From a virus (Duplodnaviria; Caudoviricetes): a stretch of 32,259 nt of DNA. The position numbers and the translations under genes were made by a program. The notes under the pieces were generated by a model. That model had not been told where the DNA came from. It made no database searches and saw only the letters and a program-made list of their open reading frames with translations. Numbering within the stretch: the first letter of the stretch is position 1; every line of letters starts with the position of its first letter. The stretch spans positions 1-32,259 of IMG/VR virus record IMGVR_UViG_3300048576_000567, one strand, 5' to 3'. Below, in pieces: positions 1 through 8,358 of the stretch.

Positions 1-654
1 TCAATTCTTGACCACCAGCAACTTGTACTTGGCCGCCGTCGCCGAGCCTTTCGTTCCGATTCCCACCAGCACCCGCACCGCGCCGTGATTGATCGTGACC
101 TGGTTCAGGTAGAGCAGGTAATCGCATTGCGGAATGAGGATCACCAGCGGCTCGACATCGTAGGTGCCGATCAGGTCGTGGATGGCGTTCTTGTCGGTTC
201 CCAGCGTGGCCGGGGTGTGCGTTGAGATGTCACCTTTGCCATTGGCCTCGGTCTGGGTTTCGCAGCAGAGATGAGAGAGGTGCACCGTCGTCGGGGCAAT
301 CTGCTTGGAACTCACGACGTTGGCCTGAAGCTGATCGCTGCCCACCGATCCCTGAGCAAGATGGGAGTTAGTGATGGCCTGCTCCCGGATACCGAGGCTG
401 TCGAGCGGGCCAATCAGGGTTGTCTTGCCGCTGAAGGCTGGGTGCCCGTTGCGATCATCCCAAACCTCGAAGAGACCGCCGTCCTTGGGTTCGATATCGT
501 CCGATTCGTAGTACCCCGAACCCTCGAGGTTTTCTTTCAGAATGATACCGTTGTCCCAGTCGTCGCCGGGTCGCACCAGGCGGATTTCCAGGCCGGTCTG
601 CGGTAACCGGGACGGCCCGGATTGCTTGTAATAGCCGATGCCAAAGCGATACAT
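1..654 (-). CDS. Tail tip/fibre-associated structural protein (217 aa)
   Basis: Last gene of the tail operon in the window, with RBS AAGGAG upstream. Internal short repeats (AITNSHLAQGSVGSDQLQANVVSSKQIA) of the kind seen in trimeric fibre shafts. Confidence 0.5.
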   Translation of the reverse strand: MYRFGIGYYKQSGPSRLPQTGLEIRLVRPGDDWDNGIILKENLEGSGYYESDDIEPKDGGLFEVWDDRNGHPAFSGKTTLIGPLDSLGIREQAITNSHLAQGSVGSDQLQANVVSSKQIAPTTVHLSHLCCETQTEANGKGDISTHTPATLGTDKNAIHDLIGTYDVEPLVILIPQCDYLLYLNQVTINHGAVRVLVGIGTKGSATAAKYKLLVVKN

Positions 655-663
655 GAAAACTCC

Positions 664-1104
664 TTAGAAGATCACTTCGTCGTCCTCGTTGCCGGGCACG
701 ATGATGTTGTCGAAATCGATGAACGGAGGCGTGCCGGTGTAGCGGCTCTCGAGGCTGAACTTGGCCGCATCCCGGTATTCGTGCAGGTCGTCGGGGCATT
801 TCGGGAGGGCCTCGATGATCACCTTGAACTGCTTCCGAACCCCGTTGTGGTCGAATTCCAGGTAGAAGACCCCCTCCGTAGTGAGAAAGGTGAGTAGAGC
901 GGCGTACTCGACCGGCTGGATGGGTACTTCGAGCTCGAAGGCATCCTCGCGATACGGGTCGCGATAGTGGATGGTGGCCGGGTCGAAGGCGTTCTTCTTC
1001 TCGATGCGGTACTTTAACTTCGGCGAATACTCCACCGTGCCCATCGAGCAGGTGAAAAACGACGTATTGCCGTTGCTCTGGCGAATCAGACGAAACCCGT
1101 TCAT
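664..1104 (-). CDS. Putative distal tail (Dit-like) protein (146 aa)
   Basis: Beta-rich ORF downstream of the tape measure. The start at 1104 makes an ATGA overlap with the upstream stop. Function inferred from position. Confidence 0.45.
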   Translation of the reverse strand: MNGFRLIRQSNGNTSFFTCSMGTVEYSPKLKYRIEKKNAFDPATIHYRDPYREDAFELEVPIQPVEYAALLTFLTTEGVFYLEFDHNGVRKQFKVIIEALPKCPDDLHEYRDAAKFSLESRYTGTPPFIDFDNIIVPGNEDDEVIF

Positions 1105-2576
1105 AGCTGCCACGCCTTTAGTTTGTATTCGTCGTTCTGGAAGTCGCGGGTGATCTCGGTTACGGCGTAGGTGACGCCTCGGATGCGGATTTTGCTGAAC
1201 AACCCAATACTATATATGGTAAGGGAATCGATGGTCGCTTCGATCTCCCACTTGCCGTCGTAGAAATCGACCAGCGTGGGCTGCAGCAGGGATTTCAGCT
1301 TGGTGGTGTCACCGCAGAGGGTCTCGAGGACGCTCATGTCGGGCCGTTCCTGATTGCCCCGCTTAGTGGCCAGGGAAATCACATCGGCGTCCGCAATGTC
1401 GATGATCGCGCTGTTGTAGGCATTCTTGTTGCGGAACACGATGTTGCCCGATGGATCGGCGTAGATCGTCGCGTTATAGAGCATCAGCATCGCCTGCAAT
1501 GCCTTGAGGTTTTCCGTCTTGTCGTCCTTGAGCGTCTCGTAGGCCCTGCCAGGGTGGAGGACGCTGGGAAGCGCATTCCCGGTGAAACTGCTACTGACGC
1601 CCACGTGGACGGTGTGCCCCGAGTTATAGCCGTTCCCATTGAGGGCCCCGCAAGATGCCAGGCTGTCCAGGCTGGCCGTGCCGATGCCGTGGTCGGTGAA
1701 GAAAGCCAGCATGTTGTTGTAGTCGTCGTCCAGGTCGGTCAGGGCGGCCTTCCAGTCGGTGTTTTCGTCGTAGTCGTAGAACAGCGGGCAGATGCCGTTG
1801 AAGAATTTCCAGATACGAGCGCGAAAACGGCCACGATACTGATCCTGGGCGGGATTGGAGTAGTGCGCCTGAATGATCTTCTTGTGCGCGAAACAGAAGG
1901 TGACCGTGTTCGCGGTCGAATCAAAGAGGTAGCCGTATTTCGGGTAGGTCCAGCTTGTGGCTTGGATGGAGAAAACCCACCCGCCGGAGTTGGCGGGCAC
2001 CTGCTCCATGTCCTGGTAGTTGACCGCACAGAGATTCAGGTCGTTCTGCGCGAGGGCGGGGAGCGTAAACTGATTGCTTTGCCCGATCGCCACGGGGATG
2101 CGCTGCTGGATGTTCTGAATGAAATAGGCAATCATCCAGCCGGGCTGGTAGCCGCTGGTGAGGCTGAAATACTGCTCGATATCGGAGTAGATCGAGAACA
2201 GCCGAATCTTGTCGTAGCACGTGATTTTCAGGATTTGCGAGGCATAGTCGTAACTCAATAAACTGGTATCGATAATCCCCGTAAAGATGAGTGTCCCATC
2301 GCGGTAAGATTTCACCTCATATTTGCTGATGTAGCGCTCGAACTCCTGGGTTCCGGACATGAGATTCGCGGTCAGCCAGGTATCGGGAAAGCACTCGAAA
2401 ACCAACCGTTTCGGCTCACGGGTGTAGTTCGAGACCGAGGTCAGTTTATCCGCCGAGAGGGTCAGGGAGACGATCAACCGGTTGGAGGCCGTGTCCACCA
2501 GCGAGTGCTTGGTCTGACCGTAGTCAGAGGCGGTTGTATCGCTCTGCAGAAAGTCGATGCGGAATAGGTTCGCCAT
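1101..2576 (-). CDS. Tail hub/tip protein (491 aa)
   Basis: Immediately after the tape measure. Hub-like segments (LIFTGIID..., LKITCYD, YADPSGNIVF, KIRIRGVTYAVTEI). Confidence 0.55.
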   Translation of the reverse strand: MANLFRIDFLQSDTTASDYGQTKHSLVDTASNRLIVSLTLSADKLTSVSNYTREPKRLVFECFPDTWLTANLMSGTQEFERYISKYEVKSYRDGTLIFTGIIDTSLLSYDYASQILKITCYDKIRLFSIYSDIEQYFSLTSGYQPGWMIAYFIQNIQQRIPVAIGQSNQFTLPALAQNDLNLCAVNYQDMEQVPANSGGWVFSIQATSWTYPKYGYLFDSTANTVTFCFAHKKIIQAHYSNPAQDQYRGRFRARIWKFFNGICPLFYDYDENTDWKAALTDLDDDYNNMLAFFTDHGIGTASLDSLASCGALNGNGYNSGHTVHVGVSSSFTGNALPSVLHPGRAYETLKDDKTENLKALQAMLMLYNATIYADPSGNIVFRNKNAYNSAIIDIADADVISLATKRGNQERPDMSVLETLCGDTTKLKSLLQPTLVDFYDGKWEIEATIDSLTIYSIGLFSKIRIRGVTYAVTEITRDFQNDEYKLKAWQL

Positions 2577-2588
2577 GTTTAAGCCCCC

Positions 2589-5201
2589 TTAAACTTCGGC
2601 CCGGATACGCTTGCCGGTGTCGGCCAGTTCGCTGATCCGGACGGGATCGGACGACAGCGGATCGACGCTTACATGGATGGACGGTTTGGTGGTCTTGAGG
2701 GTCACCACGATCTCATCCCGCATGTCACGGATGGCGTCGATCAAATCCGAAAGCGTGCCGGAGTTTCCAACCGCCCCACCGGAGGCATAGGCCAGCTTCG
2801 GCTCGGGCACGGGAAACGCGGGGAAAGTCAGGTTACCGAGTACCGCCCTGACCTGGCTCAACGGCGCGAAGTTCAGGAAGTTGAACAGCCCCGAGCCCAG
2901 CGACTTCACCCGGTCTTTGGAGGTGACAAACTCGTCGCCCTCGGCCTCGATCAGGATGCCGCCCTGCGCGTGGGAGTTGCCCTTCAGCAGACCGCCCCGG
3001 GCCGCTTTCGGGGGTTCGGTCTTGGAGATTTGGGCGACGTTGGCGAGGCCCGCACCCACGGCTGCGGCGGCTGCGGCGATAGCCAGTCCGGGACCGACAA
3101 TCGGAATCCCCGCCATCGCTTTGTAGGCGGCGGTGGCGGAGGCGTAGGTATCCACCAGGGCCTGTCCGATCGCGAATGTTTTCCAGAGTGCGAACCCTTT
3201 CTTTCCGAAGGCGTCGGCGGTCTTGGCGAGGTTGCCGAGAATCCCCGAAATCCCCTCGATATGCCGCTTGTTGAACTCGTCGCGGATGCGCTGCTTGGCG
3301 AGTTCCGACTGTCGGGTGATCTGCTCCTCGGTGACCCCGGCGGCCTGCAGCTTGTCCCGCCGCTGGGCGTAGTAGTTGTCGATGGCGTCGATCTGCGCCT
3401 GATACTCGTTGTTCTCATAGGTGAGCTGCGCCTGGAAGAACTCGGCCCGGGTGTCGGCGTTTTCCTGTTCGGCGCGGGTGGTTTCCTGGGCAAGGCGTTC
3501 CCTCTCGCGGGCAGCGGCTTCGGCGTTCTTGAGCCGCTCCGCCTCGGCGTCTGCCTCAACCTGGGTGATCCGGCTGGCATAGACGGTGCGGATATTCAGC
3601 AGCAACTCCTCGGACGCGCCAAGGGCCTGGGCCTTGCTCAGTTCCGAGTCCCGCTCCAGTTCGAGTTCCCGCTGGGTGCGGGCGGTGGCGTCTTCGATCA
3701 GGGCGGTCGAATACTTGGTATCGAGAGTAATCAGAGCCGCTACCGAGTCCTCATGGGCCTGCGCGATCTGCTTTTCCAGACCTTTGATCCGCTCGTATGC
3801 GGCCTGCTTCTGGTCGGTGTTTTCGGCATTGAGGGCACCGAGTTCACGGTAGACCTTCCGCTCCTCAGAGAGCCGGTATTCGAGCAGTGCAACCCCTTCG
3901 AGGGTCGATTCTTTGTCCAACCTGCTCTTCTCCCGATAGAACGCACTCTGCGCCGCTGCATCGTCGGTGCGGATGCGCTCCTTGAGGGCCTGCTCCTCGG
4001 CCAGCATCTCGTTCATCTTGGCGGGGTCGAAGTCCGCCCCGGTCAGCACCGGGCCCTGCTTCATGGCATCGAGGATGTCCCGGTACCGGGTCAGCTCGTC
4101 CTCGATGGCCTTGAGCCGCTTTTTGGCCTCGTTGTAATCGATGCTGGTGGCGATTTCCCGTTGTTCCGCAACTAGTTCGTCCACGCTCTTGGTGGTCTGC
4201 TCGACCTCTTGCCGGAAGTCCTGCTGGGCGTCGGTGGCGTTGTCCGAAGCCAGCTTGGTGGAGGCGTAGGCAAAGCCCAATGCAGCCAGGGCTCCGACCA
4301 CGATCCCGATCACCCCGGCCACGGGATTGACCGCCACTTTCAGGGCGTTGATCGCGGCGGTGAGACCGGTAATGACGGTGGTCACGCTCACGATGGTGGG
4401 AATGGCCACGGCCAGGCCGGTCACAAAGCCTTTCATCACCGGCGAGAGGTTGTTGTACCAGGCGAACAGGGCCTTGAGGCCGTTCAGCAGGGGAGTGATG
4501 AGAACGTTGAGCATGTCGCCGATCGACTCCTGCACATCGCCCCAGGCGTTCGCGTTTTGCAGGCGCAAATCGACGAGTGCCTCGGCCGTGCCGCCGTAAT
4601 CGGCCGTAAGTTGCTTTACGAGATAGCTGACGCCCTCGGTTTTGATCTTGTTCTCGTCCAGCTCCAGTCCATACCGACTCAACATCTCGGTGTGCCCGTT
4701 CACCGCCCGGCCCATCAGGTCGAAGGCGCTTTCCACGGTCATGCCGGTGGATTTGTTGGCCTCGGCGAAGTCCAGAATTGCAGGCGTAAGCTGCTGAATC
4801 TCATCGGTATTGAGGTGATAGGTTTGCGCCATCTTGGACATCAGGGCCAGGAGTTGATCGCCTTCAAAATTGGTGAGGTTCTGCATCTGCCCGGCAAACT
4901 CGCTCATTTTACTGGCATAGTCCCCGAACGCCACCTTGGAGAGGGTCGCGGATTGCCGGGCATCCAGTGCGGCGTTGAGATAGCCGTTCATCGTGGAAAC
5001 CACCCCGCCGACCACCTGCATCACCCCGTCGAAAGCGATTTTCACATCGCGGATCGTGGCCAGGGCGTTTTCGGCCTGCACCTTCAGGGAGATGGGCTTC
5101 TCGACTTGCGAACGGGTCTGGTCGGCCTGCGTGCCGGTCTGCTCTAACTTGGCCTCGGCCCCGGCGGAGTCGATGATCAGGCGAAAGGAGAGTTCGGGCA
5201 T
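2589..5201 (-). CDS. Tail tape measure protein (870 aa)
   Basis: Long Ala/Glu-rich helical ORF with hydrophobic stretches and a C-terminal GGLLKGNSHAQGGILIEAEGDE motif. Start MPELSF overlaps the upstream stop (TGATG). Confidence 0.9.
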   Translation of the reverse strand: MPELSFRLIIDSAGAEAKLEQTGTQADQTRSQVEKPISLKVQAENALATIRDVKIAFDGVMQVVGGVVSTMNGYLNAALDARQSATLSKVAFGDYASKMSEFAGQMQNLTNFEGDQLLALMSKMAQTYHLNTDEIQQLTPAILDFAEANKSTGMTVESAFDLMGRAVNGHTEMLSRYGLELDENKIKTEGVSYLVKQLTADYGGTAEALVDLRLQNANAWGDVQESIGDMLNVLITPLLNGLKALFAWYNNLSPVMKGFVTGLAVAIPTIVSVTTVITGLTAAINALKVAVNPVAGVIGIVVGALAALGFAYASTKLASDNATDAQQDFRQEVEQTTKSVDELVAEQREIATSIDYNEAKKRLKAIEDELTRYRDILDAMKQGPVLTGADFDPAKMNEMLAEEQALKERIRTDDAAAQSAFYREKSRLDKESTLEGVALLEYRLSEERKVYRELGALNAENTDQKQAAYERIKGLEKQIAQAHEDSVAALITLDTKYSTALIEDATARTQRELELERDSELSKAQALGASEELLLNIRTVYASRITQVEADAEAERLKNAEAAARERERLAQETTRAEQENADTRAEFFQAQLTYENNEYQAQIDAIDNYYAQRRDKLQAAGVTEEQITRQSELAKQRIRDEFNKRHIEGISGILGNLAKTADAFGKKGFALWKTFAIGQALVDTYASATAAYKAMAGIPIVGPGLAIAAAAAAVGAGLANVAQISKTEPPKAARGGLLKGNSHAQGGILIEAEGDEFVTSKDRVKSLGSGLFNFLNFAPLSQVRAVLGNLTFPAFPVPEPKLAYASGGAVGNSGTLSDLIDAIRDMRDEIVVTLKTTKPSIHVSVDPLSSDPVRISELADTGKRIRAEV

Positions 5202-5989
5202 CAGTCGTTCCGGATCAGCAGTTCGACCTGTCTCTGCTTCTGCCCTGACACCGAGTAGGTCGCCTCGACTTCCTCGATCACGCATCCCGAGTATAGCTCG
5301 CGGATATACGGGTCGTCGTTGTACGACAGCAGAAACCGGCCCTTGATCCCCTTCAGGATCGCGGCCAGGTCTTCGTGACGGGTGAACGCCTCGGCGTCAT
5401 CGCGCTCGTAGAGCCGCTCTTTGGTGTAGTAGGGCGGGTCGAGGTAGAAGAAGGTGTCCTGGCCGTCGTAGCGGGCGATCAGGCGTTGAAAATCCATGTT
5501 CTCGATGATCACGTCGCGCAAGCGCTCGGAAGCCTCCTTCACCCGCTCCTCGTTGCGCAGCGGCATGTACTTGTGGCCGTGCATGATGCTGAAGTTCTTG
5601 CTCTGCGAGCCGTAGGAGCAAGCGAGCTTGTAGTAGAACCACACCGCCTTTTCCAGCTCGGTGCGCGGGCGACCGGCCTTGAATTCCTCGAACGTCTCCC
5701 TGGAAACGAGGAAGGTGTTCAACTCGGCGGCAAAGGCTTCCGGGTGCATCTTGATGTACCGCCAGAAATTCACCAGGTCGCCGTTGATGTCGTTGTACAC
5801 CTCGGTGTAGCCCCGGCCGCGAGTCGCCGAGTCCGGCAACCAGTCCTTCTTGTCCGCCGACTTGCCGAATAGCACCCAACCCGCCCCGCCGAACACCTCG
5901 CAGTAGGTGTCGTGCTTCGGGATGAGTGGAATGATCTGCTTGCGGAGCAGTCGTTTGCCGCCCACCCACGAGATGACGCTGTTCAGCAT
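5201..5989 (-). CDS. Orphan DNA adenine methyltransferase, Dam/D12 class (262 aa)
   Basis: WVGGK, EVFGGAG (motif I), YNDING and FFYLDPPY (motif IV) in alpha-group order. Confidence 0.92.
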   Translation of the reverse strand: MLNSVISWVGGKRLLRKQIIPLIPKHDTYCEVFGGAGWVLFGKSADKKDWLPDSATRGRGYTEVYNDINGDLVNFWRYIKMHPEAFAAELNTFLVSRETFEEFKAGRPRTELEKAVWFYYKLACSYGSQSKNFSIMHGHKYMPLRNEERVKEASERLRDVIIENMDFQRLIARYDGQDTFFYLDPPYYTKERLYERDDAEAFTRHEDLAAILKGIKGRFLLSYNDDPYIRELYSGCVIEEVEATYSVSGQKQRQVELLIRND

Positions 5990-6747
5990 TGCTCCTCCAG
6001 CGGGAAGCTGGCAATGATCACCTCGGCGTAGTCCATCTTGCCTTCCTTGCGATTGATGCCCTTGGCGCGGGTTACCTGCTTGATGCAGAAGCCCTTGTAA
6101 AGTTCATGAATCATGGGATCGTCGTTGTACGAGAGTATCCACTTTCCCTTCACGGAACCCAACACCTCGCGTAGGGCTTCGTGACTGAATCGCTTGGAGT
6201 TGGCATAGGTGTAGCCGGTGGTGTAGGGCGGGTCGCAGTAGAAGAAGTTGTCCGGGTGGTCGTATTTCTGGATCAGTTCGGCGTAATCGAGGTTTTCGAT
6301 GACCACCCGATCCAGTCGCCGACTCAGTTCCCGGATGCGTTCCAGGCGGTTCTGCAGGCTGGACACCCCTTGTTTCTGGGAGGTGCCGAAGCTGTCGCCC
6401 TTGCCCCCGAACGAACGGGTGATGATCCACATGAACCGGGCGGCGCGCTGAATTTCGGTGAGGCCCTCCTGGCGGAGGATCTGCCCGAAAAGTTGGCGGG
6501 ACGCTACCATCAGATCGAGTTCGCGGATCAGTTCCTCGGGGTGGTATTTAACTTGCAAGAACAGGCTGACGAGGCGGTTATCGAGGTCATTGTAGACTTC
6601 CAGTCCCGCCCAGCGTTCCCGGAACAGCAGCACCCAGGCCGCGCCGCCGAACGGCTCGATGTAGCCCTGGATGGCCTTCGGGACGTATCTCGCAATCTCT
6701 TTGCGAAGCAGGCGTTTGCCTCCGATCCAGGCGATCACGGAATCCAT
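5983..6747 (-). CDS. Second orphan DNA adenine methyltransferase, Dam/D12 class (254 aa)
   Basis: MDSVIAWIGGK, EPFGGAA, YNDLD and FFYCDPPY. Start at 6747 is preceded by AAGGAGG; the longer ORF-track start overlaps the chaperone gene. Confidence 0.92.
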   Translation of the reverse strand: MDSVIAWIGGKRLLRKEIARYVPKAIQGYIEPFGGAAWVLLFRERWAGLEVYNDLDNRLVSLFLQVKYHPEELIRELDLMVASRQLFGQILRQEGLTEIQRAARFMWIITRSFGGKGDSFGTSQKQGVSSLQNRLERIRELSRRLDRVVIENLDYAELIQKYDHPDNFFYCDPPYTTGYTYANSKRFSHEALREVLGSVKGKWILSYNDDPMIHELYKGFCIKQVTRAKGINRKEGKMDYAEVIIASFPLEEQC

Positions 6748-6848
6748 CAGTCCTCCTTCTCGCAGGCCAGGCACAGCCGCAAGTACAACTCCGGCATGGT
6801 CATGGCGTCGAAGTCCGAAGCGGCGAATCCGAGCTTGCGGCAGTTCAT
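6747..6848 (-). CDS. gpT-like C-terminal extension of the tail assembly chaperone (33 aa from ATG, or reached by -1 frameshift)
   Basis: The -1 frame reads NHPFERFEMNCRKLGFAASDFDAMTMPELYLRLCLACEKED*, resembling the LG..SDF..MT..EL pattern of gpT domains. Not in the ORF track. Confidence 0.6.
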   Translation of the reverse strand: MNCRKLGFAASDFDAMTMPELYLRLCLACEKED

Positions 6849-7189
6849 TTCGAACCTCTCGAAGGGGTGGTTTTTTCTTCCACCGCGAAGCCCAAACTCC
6901 CGAGCCAGCCGGCCAACCTCGGCTTGCTGGCCCGCCAGTAGGCGAAAAAAGCGGCGACGGTCTCGAGCGCGTCGACCGCATCGATCTCCGCCGGATCGGA
7001 GCTGGTGAGGATGCGGAGGAGCTCCAGATCGGCCCCAGAGTCCCGCACCAGTTCGAGCAATTCTAGTTCATTGAGTTTCATCAGCTTGCCGGTGAGAAAG
7101 TCCTCGAACCGGGCCTTGATTTTCCCGTTCTCCAGAGCCAGCCCCAGGATCGCCCGGAGCTGGCCATAACTGAGTTTCCTGTCCTTCAA
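6845..7189 (-). CDS. Tail assembly chaperone, gpG-like (114 aa)
   Basis: Acidic helical ORF between tail tube and tape measure. TTG start with AAGGAG RBS and an A6 run near the 3' end. Confidence 0.7.
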   Translation of the reverse strand: MKDRKLSYGQLRAILGLALENGKIKARFEDFLTGKLMKLNELELLELVRDSGADLELLRILTSSDPAEIDAVDALETVAAFFAYWRASKPRLAGWLGSLGFAVEEKTTPSRGSK

Positions 7190-7201
7190 AACTTCTCCTT
7201 T

Positions 7202-7402
7202 TCAGGGCCTTACGAACAATTTGAACGCCATCCCGGCCAGCATGAAAAACTGGCTGGTCGAGACGGCGATGAGCAGTTTTACGTTGCTTTCCAAACGGGC
7301 GATACGGGTGGTGAGCGCCTTTTCGCTCGAGCCGTTGCCGTAGATTTCCACGTGCACGGCATCGATCTTCTCGCGGATTTCCGGCTTGCAGACGCACTCC
7401 AT
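7202..7402 (-). CDS. Small coiled-coil protein with C-terminal transmembrane segment (XhlA/holin-accessory-like, 66 aa)
   Basis: LTTRIARLESNVK followed by hydrophobic LLIAVSTSQFFMLAGMAF. TGATG overlap with the tail tube stop. Confidence 0.5.
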   Translation of the reverse strand: MECVCKPEIREKIDAVHVEIYGNGSSEKALTTRIARLESNVKLLIAVSTSQFFMLAGMAFKLFVRP

Positions 7403-7941
7403 CACTCGCCTCTTACAAAGCTACGGTAGAGGTAGATACGGTCGGTGGTGGGACCCGAAAAATCGGCCGAGACGGTGACCTGGAATAGCCCATCGGCCTC
7501 GCCGGTGATGTCGATCGTCCAATACAGGCCGTTCAGAACGACTAGGCGCGTGTTGTCTGCCGAGCCAACCACGATGGTGATCTCGCGTCCGGTGAAGGAG
7601 CCGCTTTCGAGGTAATCCTTCTGGGCACACGAGAGGCCGACAATGTTCAGTTCGACGGTCGTGGTTCGCTTGCCGGGGAAGGAGTAGTTGCGGCTCTTCA
7701 CTTTCGCCTGCTTGGAATCGAGCTTCCCGGCCTTCTCCGCCATCTCGCCGAGGGGGTCGTAGTTACTCGAAAGCGTGGTGGCGACGGTGCTGGAGCCGAA
7801 GGCGGTGTCGGCCTCCGTAGCGGTGGCGTAGCGGCCAATACCGAAGTACACGGCATCGCCGGGCATGATGGGCATGAGATTGGCGATCAACAGCTTATCG
7901 CCGGTCATGCCGGAGGGGTAAGTGGGTGCGGCTACTGCCAT
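7402..7941 (-). CDS. Probable major tail tube protein (179 aa)
   Basis: Ser/Thr/Gly-rich, beta-strand-rich ORF upstream of chaperone and tape measure. RBS GAAGGAG before MAVAAP. Confidence 0.6.
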   Translation of the reverse strand: MAVAAPTYPSGMTGDKLLIANLMPIMPGDAVYFGIGRYATATEADTAFGSSTVATTLSSNYDPLGEMAEKAGKLDSKQAKVKSRNYSFPGKRTTTVELNIVGLSCAQKDYLESGSFTGREITIVVGSADNTRLVVLNGLYWTIDITGEADGLFQVTVSADFSGPTTDRIYLYRSFVRGE

Positions 7942-7993
7942 GTCATCTCCTTCGATCGGGGGGATCGTTTCGCCCAAATGGTCGAGGGGCATC

Positions 7994-8344
7994 TCACAGG
8001 ATGCTCCGGGCGACCTTGCCCAAACTGAACAGCCACTTGCGGTTGTGGAAGACGAACTCCACCGCCCCGCCGATGGTGCCGAAGGCCTTGGTCAGCAGCG
8101 AGGTATGCTTCTCTGGCAGGGCCTTGGTAACGCGCTCCACAGCCAGTTGCTTCTTCTCGCTGTCGCTGAGGTTGGCGGTTTCGGGGCCGGTCTTGATGTC
8201 CTGGATCACGTCCAGGATGGTGGCCAGGGCGGCGTTGAGCTTGGTCTTGTCGAGGGACTTGCCCGTGATCTTGGCGATGACCCAGGCGGCCAGCGTAGTG
8301 GCCAGGCCGAGGATGAACTCGTGATTCTGAATGATAAAATCCAT
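7994..8344 (-). CDS. Putative holin (single N-terminal TM, LL-H-like; 116 aa)
   Basis: N-terminal hydrophobic helix FILGLATTLAAWVIA followed by a charged helical domain (SEKKQLAVERV). Confidence 0.5.
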   Translation of the reverse strand: MDFIIQNHEFILGLATTLAAWVIAKITGKSLDKTKLNAALATILDVIQDIKTGPETANLSDSEKKQLAVERVTKALPEKHTSLLTKAFGTIGGAVEFVFHNRKWLFSLGKVARSIL

Positions 8345-8358
8345 TGATCCTCCGTGGT

